Shown: piece after piece, positions 10,951 to 19,436 of the stretch
Position numbering within the stretch: position 1 is the stretch's first letter
Layout: each line of letters opens with the position of its first letter
Assembly (NCBI RefSeq): GCF_036636695.1
Contig: NZ_JAVWNW010000008.1
Source of the DNA: Anaerorhabdus sp.
Lineage (GTDB): Bacteria; Bacillota_I; Bacilli_A; Erysipelotrichales; Erysipelotrichaceae
DNA length: 64,000 bases
Reading direction: 5' to 3' (one strand)
The notes under the pieces: generated by a model
Told to the model about the DNA's origin: nothing
What the model saw: the letters and a program-made list of their open reading frames with translations, nothing else
Databases searched by the model: none
Made by a program: the position numbers and the translations under genes

Positions 10951-11012
10951 AGGACTTAAAATGTAGAGTTGAGAAGTATTTCAATAGCTCTTAACTTTAA
11001 GTCCTTTTATTT
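10951..11012 (+). terminator. intrinsic terminator after the gmk-like gene
   Basis: Long hairpin aggacttaaa...tttaagtcct (10 bp outer plus 4 bp inner stem) followed by TTTTATTT. It lies inside the 5' extension of ORF 10969, arguing against that start. Confidence 0.6.
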
Positions 11013-11034
11013 AAAAGAAAGAGTGGAAAACAAG

Positions 11035-12243
11035 ATGAAAGAGAAAATGATAGAAGCCTTTAAAAAAGCAGAAGGTGGCATGTTTATTGAAGTAGAAAAA
11101 GCAGATGTTGGTAGTTCGTATCAAGAAATGGAAAAACAAGGAGTAGCACTTATGGGATGGGCAGATCCTTTTATGCCAGATAAAAGTTTACCAGTACATG
11201 TTGAAGAAGCACTAATCAATTCAATAAAAGGTGCGTCAGCTGCACATTATACTGCACCTGTAGGTAGTCAAGAATTAAAAGATAAACTTGCCATAAAACT
11301 TGAACAATTCAACAAGTTAAAAGTCGATTCACATCGTAATATTTTGATTACTCCAGGATCAGATTCTGGCTTGTATTTTGCTATTTTACCTTTTATCAAT
11401 GAAGGTGATGAAGTTCTCATACCGACACCAAGTTATCCAAATAATTTCTTGGATATTGAAATCATGGGCGGTAAAGTAGTTCCTGTTCCTTTAAATGAAG
11501 AAGAAGACTATCAATTTAATGAAGATACATTTGAAAAACATGTGACTTCTAAAACAAAGATGATTTTGTTGACTCATCCGAACAATCCAACAACAACCGT
11601 ATTCAACCGTAAATCATTAGAAATACTTGCGAAATGTGCTATCGAACATGATTTAATCTTGGTTTGTGATCAAGCCTTTGAAGATTATTGTTATGAAAAT
11701 GAATTCATTACGCCAGCTGCTTTACCAGGAATGTTTGAAAGAACTGTAACGGTATTTTCATTCTCTAAAGGAATGGGATTGAGTGGGCTGCGAGTTGGCT
11801 ATGTGGTGTGTTCAGATGTAATCATGGATGCTATGTTTGCAAATGCAGTTGCTGTAATTGGTGCTACCAATACTTCTTGTCAACAGGCGGTATTAGCAGC
11901 ATTGAATGATACACGATTTATGAAGGAATTTGAAAGCGCATTTGATTTGAGAAGGCACCGAGCTTTTGAGATATTTAACTCTATTCCCAACGTTAGTATG
12001 AAACTTCCTGAATCAGGTTTCTTATGCTGGGTCAATGTTTCAAAACTAGGTAAATCGAGTGATATAGTTAAATATTTATTGAAAGAAGCTAAGGTTTCGG
12101 TAAATGATGGTGTTAACTATGGTATCGGTGGTGAAGGACATTTAAGAATTGTTTTAGGTGTTTATCGTGATAATTGGAAAATATTTGATATACTAGATAG
12201 GGTTAAAAATGCATTGATGCATTACCAAGATATGAACAACTAA
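11035..12243 (+). CDS. PLP-dependent aminotransferase, class I/II
   Basis: PLP-lysine motif SFSKGMGLSGLRVGY and NPNNPT motif. ATG at 11035 lies downstream of the terminator. Confidence 0.85.
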   Translation: MKEKMIEAFKKAEGGMFIEVEKADVGSSYQEMEKQGVALMGWADPFMPDKSLPVHVEEALINSIKGASAAHYTAPVGSQELKDKLAIKLEQFNKLKVDSHRNILITPGSDSGLYFAILPFINEGDEVLIPTPSYPNNFLDIEIMGGKVVPVPLNEEEDYQFNEDTFEKHVTSKTKMILLTHPNNPTTTVFNRKSLEILAKCAIEHDLILVCDQAFEDYCYENEFITPAALPGMFERTVTVFSFSKGMGLSGLRVGYVVCSDVIMDAMFANAVAVIGATNTSCQQAVLAALNDTRFMKEFESAFDLRRHRAFEIFNSIPNVSMKLPESGFLCWVNVSKLGKSSDIVKYLLKEAKVSVNDGVNYGIGGEGHLRIVLGVYRDNWKIFDILDRVKNALMHYQDMNN

Positions 12244-12255
12244 GGGGGAGTTTTT

Positions 12256-12927
12256 TTGAATAACGCAATTATTTTAACAGAAGTAGATCGCCAAATACTA
12301 AACTCATATGCAAATTTTTTGCATGGTCTAGCAAATTACTTAGGTGATGCATATGAGATTGTTCTACATAGTTTAGAGGATTACGAACACTCTGTTGTAG
12401 CGATTATTAATGGAGAACATACAGGAAGAAAGATTGGAGCACCAATTACAAATCTTGCTTTAGATATGTTAGATAAACTTGTGGATTCCAAACAAGATAA
12501 CATCTCATATTTCAGTACAAATAAAAAAGGAGAACCGCTAAAATCTGCGACAATCTCCATCCGTGGTGAAAATAATCGTATCATTGGTTTACTATGTATG
12601 AATTTATATTTGAATACGCCACTAGTTGATGTATTAAATCTATTTATGAGTCCTCAACAACAAATTCATTTTCCATCTTCAAAAGAGAGTTTTGTCGAAA
12701 ATTCAAGTGAATTGATTGAGTCTTCATTAAAAAATATTAAAGCGAAAGTAGATGCGGATAACTCTATTTCAGTTGCTAATAAAAATAAAGTAATTATTTC
12801 AATGCTAAATAGTTATGGTATATTCAACATTAAGGATTCTGTAATAAAAGTTGCTGAATTACTTAATATATCTAAAAATACAGTGTATATGCATTTACGA
12901 AATGCTAATGAATCAAATCATGTTTAG
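12256..12927 (+). CDS. YheO-like PAS-domain / HTH transcriptional regulator
   Basis: N-terminal YheO-type PAS-like region (HSLEDYEHSVVAIINGEHTGRKIGAPITN). C-terminal HTH (KVAELLNISKNTVYMHLR). TTG start after AGGGGGA. Confidence 0.7.
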   Translation: MNNAIILTEVDRQILNSYANFLHGLANYLGDAYEIVLHSLEDYEHSVVAIINGEHTGRKIGAPITNLALDMLDKLVDSKQDNISYFSTNKKGEPLKSATISIRGENNRIIGLLCMNLYLNTPLVDVLNLFMSPQQQIHFPSSKESFVENSSELIESSLKNIKAKVDADNSISVANKNKVIISMLNSYGIFNIKDSVIKVAELLNISKNTVYMHLRNANESNHV

Positions 12928-12984
12928 TCTTCACTGCTAATAATGATGTGGTAAAATAGTTCGTAGAAGCTTGGGGGATGACAA

Positions 12985-13833
12985 ATGGAAAAAGTAGGTT
13001 TGATTCTTGAGGGTGGCGGAATGCGAGGTGTATTTACTACTGGTGTTCTTGACTGTTTCCTTGATAATGGAATTGAGTTTGATGAAATCATAGGCGTTTC
13101 TGCTGGCGCATGTCATGCTTGTAGTTATATATCTAAACAAAGGAAGCGTGCACGTGATATCTGTGTTAACTATATTGATGATAAACGATATTGTAGCGTC
13201 TATAGCTTAATCACAACAGGAGATATGTTTGGTGTTCAATTTGCTTATCATGAAATACCAGATGTATTATACCCATTTGACCATGAAACATATAACTCAA
13301 GTAACACTAAATTATATTCAACTGTCACTAATGTTGAAACAGGTGAAGCTGAATATCATTTATTAAAAGATATGAAAGAAGATATTGATGATTTGCGCGC
13401 ATCTGCTTCATTACCATTTGTATCTAGAATTGTAGATATTAAAGGTAGTAAGTATTTGGATGGAGGAATTGTAGATTCTATTCCATTGAAGAAAATTGAA
13501 ACAGATGGATGTACTAAAAATATTGTGGTACTTACACAACCAAAAGAATATCGAAAAACCGAAAATAAAATTGCATGGCTTGCTAAAATTTTATATCGTA
13601 AGTATCCAAAAATGTATGATTTGTTAAAAAAACGACATCTTGCTTATAATGAAGAAATCGCATATGTGGATGAACAAGAAGCAAAGGGAAACATCTTAGT
13701 AATTAGACCAAAAAAAAGTTTAGATGTTAGTCGTATTGAGAAAGATAAAAATAAACTTGAAGCGATTTATCAACTAGGTTATGAAGTTACAAAAAATCAA
13801 GTTGATGAAATTATAAAATTTATTAAAAAATGA
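12985..13833 (+). CDS. patatin-like phospholipase family protein
   Basis: Oxyanion GGGMRG, nucleophile GVSAG, catalytic Asp in DGG. Confidence 0.85.
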   Translation: MEKVGLILEGGGMRGVFTTGVLDCFLDNGIEFDEIIGVSAGACHACSYISKQRKRARDICVNYIDDKRYCSVYSLITTGDMFGVQFAYHEIPDVLYPFDHETYNSSNTKLYSTVTNVETGEAEYHLLKDMKEDIDDLRASASLPFVSRIVDIKGSKYLDGGIVDSIPLKKIETDGCTKNIVVLTQPKEYRKTENKIAWLAKILYRKYPKMYDLLKKRHLAYNEEIAYVDEQEAKGNILVIRPKKSLDVSRIEKDKNKLEAIYQLGYEVTKNQVDEIIKFIKK

Positions 13834-13845
13834 TTCCGTTGGAAA

Positions 13846-14634
13846 TCATTTTTTTATTTTTAATTCATCAAATTTTACTGAAGGCAAATCAAATTCAGGA
13901 TATTCATTATGAAACAGTGTAATGTAGTCTTGCATTTCAAGATAATGTATTGGATCATGACAGTCTAGACCATATACAATCATGGGGCGATGCTTCATAA
14001 GAAGTTCAACTGTTTTTTTGTTAGGGTAGATAAATGATTCGCCAAATGAATATTGTTGTTTCCCGTATCGCATACCTTTTAAATTGATTTCTATAGGGAT
14101 ACCTTCTTCTTTTGCGCAAATAAATATTTTTTCTATCGCTTTTGTACAGGAGTCAGACCAATCATTGCGCGGTATCATAAAATAATCAGGATGAGCAAGA
14201 TAGGTAAATAAACCTGATTTTATTCCTGCACAGATACTTTCTGCATATTGAAGAACTCGTGTATCATCACAGAATTCACAATAATCAATACTGTTAGGTT
14301 CTTCGTAATGATGGCCCAAAATCAAATAGTCACAGACGTTTAATAATTGTCTATAGTGTTCAAGATTGGTTTTAAAGTATTCACATTCAAAACCTAGTTT
14401 GATATCAATCTCATTCTTATATTTTTCTTTAAGTGATAATACTGAATCAATATATTCTTGTACTTGATTCATAGTCATTCGATCACCCATTCCCTGATCA
14501 TCAATGAGGGGAACATGGTCACTAAAACCAAGTGTTTTTATTCCTGCTTCAATTGCTTTTAGAACATATTCTTCATCAGTTCCAACAGCATGTAAACAAC
14601 GGATTGTATGACTATGGATATTAAAATCTTGCAT
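13846..14634 (-). CDS. PHP-domain histidinol-phosphatase family protein
   Basis: N-terminal HSHT..C.HA PHP metal motif and HisJ/HisK-like length (262 aa). Confidence 0.8.
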   Translation of the reverse strand: MQDFNIHSHTIRCLHAVGTDEEYVLKAIEAGIKTLGFSDHVPLIDDQGMGDRMTMNQVQEYIDSVLSLKEKYKNEIDIKLGFECEYFKTNLEHYRQLLNVCDYLILGHHYEEPNSIDYCEFCDDTRVLQYAESICAGIKSGLFTYLAHPDYFMIPRNDWSDSCTKAIEKIFICAKEEGIPIEINLKGMRYGKQQYSFGESFIYPNKKTVELLMKHRPMIVYGLDCHDPIHYLEMQDYITLFHNEYPEFDLPSVKFDELKIKK

Positions 14635-14766
14635 CTGGTTTCTCCTTGTGATTTCGCTATGAAATTTATAAAGATATTATAACATTTTCAAAAGAAAATG
14701 ATTGTATGATTTATGTAAAAAATGATAGACTATATCTAACGTTTTTAAGTAAGGGGGGGAAAGTGG

Positions 14767-16101
14767 ATGGAACGGATAAACAAAATAACAGATGGCGTTA
14801 TTTGGAAACAAATTTTGATCTTCTTTTTCCCAATTTTATTGGGGTCTTTTTTTCAACAATTATACAATACTGTGGATGCAATTATTGTGGGACAATATGT
14901 TGGTTCAAATGCATTGGCGGCAGTGGGTGGATCAAGTGCTCAGATTATTAATTTTCTCGTGGGTTTTTTCCTTGGGATATCTTCGGGTGCAAGTATTATC
15001 ATATCGAGATATTATGGTGCGAAGAATAAAGAGAAAACATCAAAGGCTGTGCATACTGCAATATTACTAGCTATTACTTTTGGAATTATTTTAATGATTT
15101 TAGGATACTTCTTTGCACCATCTGCTTTAAAAATGATGGGAGAGCCAGAAGCTATATTTACCTTGTCGCTAGATTATATTCGAATTTACTTTTTTGGTTC
15201 AATTTTTTCACTTACTTATAATATTGGTGCAGGAATATTAAATGCTATTGGTGATTCAAGGAAACCACTTTATTTCTTAATATGTTCAACAATTATTAAT
15301 GTTGTATTAGATATTATATTTGTAAGAGTTTTTGGATTAGGGGTGCAAGGTGTAGCTTTTGCAACGATTATTTCACAGTTTTGCAGTGCTTGTTTAGTTT
15401 TATTCTCATTATCAAGAACAAGAGATTTGCATCGTTTTGAATTTAAAAAACTACGTTTTGATGGTGAGATACTTAAAAAGGTTATTTATATTGGTTTCCC
15501 TGCAGGTATTCAATCAACAATGTATTCTATATCAAACATATTTATTCAAAGTAGTATTAACTCTTTTGGTACAGATACAATTGCTGCATATACAGTTTAT
15601 GGGAAAATTGATGGTTTGTTTTGGATGATGATGAATGCGTTTGGAATTTCAGCAATGACATTTGCAGCTCAAAATTTTGGGGCGCATAAATTAGATCGAG
15701 TACATAAATGTGTTAAAACTTGCTTGGTGATGGCTTTTGGATCAACTATCGTTGTAAGTATATTCTTATATTTCTCTTCAACAATGTTTTTTAGAATATT
15801 TACAGATGATGTAAATGTAATAACAATTGGGAATAGCATGTTGAGGTTTTTAGTGCCGATGTATTTTACATGGGTATGTATAGAAATATTATCTAGTGTA
15901 ATTCGTGCTTCTGGAGATTCACTAGGACCACTAATTATTAGTGCAATTGGTATTTGTTTGATGCGTGTTTTATGGGTTTTCTTTGTAGTTCCATATAATC
16001 ATAATATAATAGTATTAATTGCAAGTTATCCTGTAACTTGGGTATTGTGTTCTATAGCATTCATCGTGTATTATCGCAGAAAAATAAAAGGATGGTTCTA
16101 A
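14767..16101 (+). CDS. MATE family efflux transporter
   Basis: 12-TM profile with the conserved N-terminal P(I/M)LLGSFFQQLYNTVDAIIVG motif. G-rich RBS. Confidence 0.85.
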   Translation: MERINKITDGVIWKQILIFFFPILLGSFFQQLYNTVDAIIVGQYVGSNALAAVGGSSAQIINFLVGFFLGISSGASIIISRYYGAKNKEKTSKAVHTAILLAITFGIILMILGYFFAPSALKMMGEPEAIFTLSLDYIRIYFFGSIFSLTYNIGAGILNAIGDSRKPLYFLICSTIINVVLDIIFVRVFGLGVQGVAFATIISQFCSACLVLFSLSRTRDLHRFEFKKLRFDGEILKKVIYIGFPAGIQSTMYSISNIFIQSSINSFGTDTIAAYTVYGKIDGLFWMMMNAFGISAMTFAAQNFGAHKLDRVHKCVKTCLVMAFGSTIVVSIFLYFSSTMFFRIFTDDVNVITIGNSMLRFLVPMYFTWVCIEILSSVIRASGDSLGPLIISAIGICLMRVLWVFFVVPYNHNIIVLIASYPVTWVLCSIAFIVYYRRKIKGWF

Positions 16102-16145
16102 ATACTAAGGTATAATAGTAAATAGACACAAGGAGAGGGTAAGTA

Positions 16146-16322
16146 ATGGAAGATAAGGATAAGAAATCAAAAGCTACATATGGTCAAGGTATTGCCTTAG
16201 GATTATGTTTCGGCGTTGCGTTCGGTATTATTTTTAAAAACCTTGCGATAGGAATTGGTTTAGGTCTATGTTTTGGTGTTTGTATGGATGCCGCGAACAA
16301 CAAAAAAAATAACTCAAAGTAA
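16146..16322 (+). CDS. small hydrophobic protein, 58 aa (below the ORF-track length cutoff)
   Basis: ATG 7 nt after AAGGAGAGGG. Peptide is MEDKDKKSKATYGQGIALGLCFGVAFGIIFKNLAIGIGLGLCFGVCMDAANNKKNNSK. It has two Gly-rich hydrophobic segments between charged ends and fills an otherwise empty 240-nt gap. Confidence 0.45.
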   Translation: MEDKDKKSKATYGQGIALGLCFGVAFGIIFKNLAIGIGLGLCFGVCMDAANNKKNNSK

Positions 16323-16344
16323 AAGTACTTAGGGAGGAATCATC

Positions 16345-17463
16345 ATGGAAATTGCAAAATTTGGAGTAGAAGATTGGTTGAATGTTTGGGAGAATGATGC
16401 GATATATGATATTGCTGGAAGTTCAATTTCATCAATGACAATTGAAGAAATTATTAGTTGTGGACCAAAAACAAAAGAAGCGTTTTTAAATGAATTGCTG
16501 AATAAAAAAATGAATTATGGATGGATTGAAGGATCACCAGAATTCAAAACAGAAGTATGCAAATTATATAAGCATGTAGAACCTGAACAAGTGCTTCAAA
16601 CAAATGGTGCAACAGGAGCAAATTTCATTGCGTTATTTGGACTAATTAATCCAGGAGATCATGTAATTTCAATGCATCCAACATATCAACAATTATATGA
16701 TATTCCTAAATCATTAGGGGCAGATGTTAGTCTTTGGTCAATTGATGAGAAAAACGAGTGGTTACCTCATTTACATGAATTAAGAAAAATTATTCGACCT
16801 ACAACTAAAATGATTTGTATTAATAATGCCAACAATCCAACAGGAAGTGTTATGGATGAAGCCTATTTAAGAGAACTAGTGGAAATAGCAAGTGAAGTAG
16901 GAGCATATATTTTAAGTGATGAAGTATATAAACCATTTACAGATGAAATAAATGTACCATCAATTATTGATTTATATGATAAAGGAATTGTATCTAATAG
17001 TATGTCAAAAACATATTCTGTTCCAGGAGTACGTGTGGGATGGATTATTGCCAATCAAAAGACGTGTGAAGTTTTCAGAAAATTGCGTGATTATACAATG
17101 ATTTGTTCAGGGGTACTAGATGATATGATTGCGACATATGTTTTGCAAAATAAAGAAGCCGTATATAAAAGAAATAAAAAAATAGTTGAAGAAAATTTAG
17201 CTATTGTAAAAGAGTGGGTAGATAAAGAACCAAGAGTTACATTGCAGTTTCCAAAAAATATTTCAACATCATTTATTAAACTTGATGTACCAATGGAAAC
17301 AGAAGAATTTTGTATAAAATTACTTAAGGAAAAAGGCGTATTACTTGTGCCTGGAAATCGCTTTGAAAGACCAGGATATGCTCGTTTAGGTTATTGTACT
17401 GATGCTGAAACATTAAAAAAAGGACTGCATGAATTATCTTTGTTTTTAAGACAATTTGATTAA
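16345..17463 (+). CDS. PLP-dependent aminotransferase, class I/II
   Basis: SMSKTYSVPGVRVGW PLP-lysine motif and NNANNPTG motif. RBS GGGAGGA. Confidence 0.85.
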   Translation: MEIAKFGVEDWLNVWENDAIYDIAGSSISSMTIEEIISCGPKTKEAFLNELLNKKMNYGWIEGSPEFKTEVCKLYKHVEPEQVLQTNGATGANFIALFGLINPGDHVISMHPTYQQLYDIPKSLGADVSLWSIDEKNEWLPHLHELRKIIRPTTKMICINNANNPTGSVMDEAYLRELVEIASEVGAYILSDEVYKPFTDEINVPSIIDLYDKGIVSNSMSKTYSVPGVRVGWIIANQKTCEVFRKLRDYTMICSGVLDDMIATYVLQNKEAVYKRNKKIVEENLAIVKEWVDKEPRVTLQFPKNISTSFIKLDVPMETEEFCIKLLKEKGVLLVPGNRFERPGYARLGYCTDAETLKKGLHELSLFLRQFD

Positions 17464-17492
17464 AACATCTAAAATTATTTAGATGTTTTTTC
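17462..17492. terminator. hairpin terminator between convergent genes
   Basis: aaaacatcta / tagatgtttt stem followed by TTTTC. The right arm overlaps the 3' end of the minus-strand DUF3795 gene. Confidence 0.55.
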
Positions 17493-17891
17493 TTGGCATT
17501 CACTACATTCCTTGTCATGTAATGAGATAACACCGCCACAATAGGAGCAAGTGTATTTTTCTTTATCTTCCATCATAAATTTTTGTAATCCAGTTACCTT
17601 CACTTTATTACTGTTTTCTATTAAACTTACTTGATAACGAGCTATGTAACTTTTATCAATATTTTTAATTAATTTACATGGAAATTCCATACACTCGAAA
17701 CAATAAGTAAGTCTATGGGTTTTAACACAGTCTTTAATTTTACATGCACGACAATGATTCGGAGTATTACCATTATTCGCCATACAACAACTGCATGATT
17801 TTTTTGAGTAACAATGTTTGTAGCAAACCTTACAGTTCATACCACAAGGTGCAAACATTCTTGGTGAAATATCATCTTTATTCATTTTCAT
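17475..17891 (-). CDS. Cys-rich DUF3795-like protein
   Basis: 138 aa with many CxxC pairs (CGMNCKVCYKHC, CRACKIKDC, CFECMEFPC, CSYCGG, CSEC), the pattern I associate with DUF3795. Confidence 0.65.
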   Translation of the reverse strand: MKMNKDDISPRMFAPCGMNCKVCYKHCYSKKSCSCCMANNGNTPNHCRACKIKDCVKTHRLTYCFECMEFPCKLIKNIDKSYIARYQVSLIENSNKVKVTGLQKFMMEDKEKYTCSYCGGVISLHDKECSECQEKTSK

Positions 17892-18121
17892 AGTATTGAC
17901 CTCGCTGCTTAGAATAAATTGTGTTTATACCCCAGTAAACCAGTAGAACTGTCATAACATAACTTCGATCCTGACAAGAGGGTTTAACACTGTTAATTGC
18001 TACTGGGTAAGTAGTTAAAAAATATTAAAAAACTGATTGCATGATTACAAATATAAATTATCTTCATAGATTCTCCTTTACTATACTATAGCGAAGGAAA
18101 CTTGACACCTTTTGTCACAAT

Positions 18122-18145
18122 AAGAAAAAACTCCAAAAAGGAGTT
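18122..18145 (-). terminator. intrinsic terminator after the TraB-family gene
   Basis: On the minus strand: aactcc-ttttt-ggagtt followed by TTTTTTCTT. Confidence 0.5.
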
Positions 18146-19311
18146 TATAAAAAGCTTTGAATAAAATTTTTAATAACATCAAATCCACCAATCATTGTTC
18201 CAAGGGTACTAAAGAGATTAGCGAATATGACAACTAGTAAAATATGAGTGATTCTATTTTTGTAAAATCCTTTGATAGAGTTGACATCATCTAATAGATT
18301 TTCGAAATCTTTAACTTTAGGCTTTCTAATGAAAGCCTCTGCAAGACCCGCAAACCATCCAGCCGCAAGAAGAGGATTAAGTGAAGTGATTGGGGCAGCA
18401 ATAAATGCCACAAGGATTGCGAGTGGGTGTCCCCAAGCCAATAATACCCCAAGTGCTGATAAACTACCATTCCATAGAACCCAATTAATAACTTGTTCCC
18501 ATCCAAGTGTACTATTAACACTAAATAGAGAAAGAATCATTGCAATAATAGCGAGTGGAATAATCCAACCAATTATTTTAGCCGAGGGCTTCTTTGCAGG
18601 GATACTTTCCAACTCCTTTATATCATAAGTTTTATAGATTTCTTCTTTAATTCCTGGAATATGTGCAGCGCCAAGTACGGCTACAATTTTATTTCCAGGA
18701 GCATTTTTTATTTTATACGCTAATACTTGGTCACGTTCATGAATAAGTACTTCTGAAACAACGGGATATTCTTTAGAAACTTCCTTTAAAGCAACATCTA
18801 AAGCATCGGATTGTTTTAAACTTTCAATATCATCGCTGCTAATATCTTCATCATCAAAAATAGACATGACAAGCGATGAAATTAGCTTAAGCTTTTGGAA
18901 AAAAGAATGCTTTCGATAAATTCTCTTAAATGTAGTCTGAATGTTTCGATCAACGAGAACTAAATTGGCTCCAATTTCTTTTGCACTTTCGATACCTTGT
19001 ATCATTTCTTGACCTGCTTGAACATCCATTTTCTTTGCGATACGACGTTGATAAGCACTTAGAATAAGGTTCGCAAGCATATATCCGGTCTTCTTTTCCT
19101 TTATAACCTCAATTATGTCGGTATTTTCCCAACGCTTAGGGTTGTTAAAGGCCTCGAATCTTTCTTCATCTAATTCTATACAAATACTATCGGGTTTGAC
19201 CTCATCAATGCAGTCTTTTACGTCTTGACGGCTTGTATGAGAAACGTGGGCAGTACCAATTAAATATATTTCTTTGCCATTTACTTCAATTTTTGTTATG
19301 TTTTGGTTCAT
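18145..19311 (-). CDS. TraB/PrgY (GumN-related) family protein with C-terminal membrane domain
   Basis: N-terminal GTAHVSHTSRQDV motif of the TraB family and 4-5 C-terminal TM helices. ATG at 19311 is preceded by GAGG. The TTG at 19323 is part of that RBS. Confidence 0.75.
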   Translation of the reverse strand: MNQNITKIEVNGKEIYLIGTAHVSHTSRQDVKDCIDEVKPDSICIELDEERFEAFNNPKRWENTDIIEVIKEKKTGYMLANLILSAYQRRIAKKMDVQAGQEMIQGIESAKEIGANLVLVDRNIQTTFKRIYRKHSFFQKLKLISSLVMSIFDDEDISSDDIESLKQSDALDVALKEVSKEYPVVSEVLIHERDQVLAYKIKNAPGNKIVAVLGAAHIPGIKEEIYKTYDIKELESIPAKKPSAKIIGWIIPLAIIAMILSLFSVNSTLGWEQVINWVLWNGSLSALGVLLAWGHPLAILVAFIAAPITSLNPLLAAGWFAGLAEAFIRKPKVKDFENLLDDVNSIKGFYKNRITHILLVVIFANLFSTLGTMIGGFDVIKNFIQSFL

Positions 19312-19384
19312 AAAATACCTCAATTTCTACTGGATGTATTATATCATAGCTTAACTTTAAGACAAATCAAGGGTATTTTTAAGT

Positions 19385-19413
19385 TTTCAATGCAATTATT
19401 GATATGGTATAAT
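19385..19413 (+). promoter_or_regulatory. candidate sigma-A promoter of the cdaA operon
   Basis: TTTCAA, 17 nt, TATAAT, with an extended -10 TG (tggTATAAT). Confidence 0.5.
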
Positions 19414-19436
19414 ATCATGAGCGAGGAGGCGAAAGA

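Noticed and set aside
14706-14951. 81-aa ORF overlapping the start of the MATE gene
   Set aside because: It is in a different frame from the well-supported MATE ORF. It has no RBS and low-complexity content.
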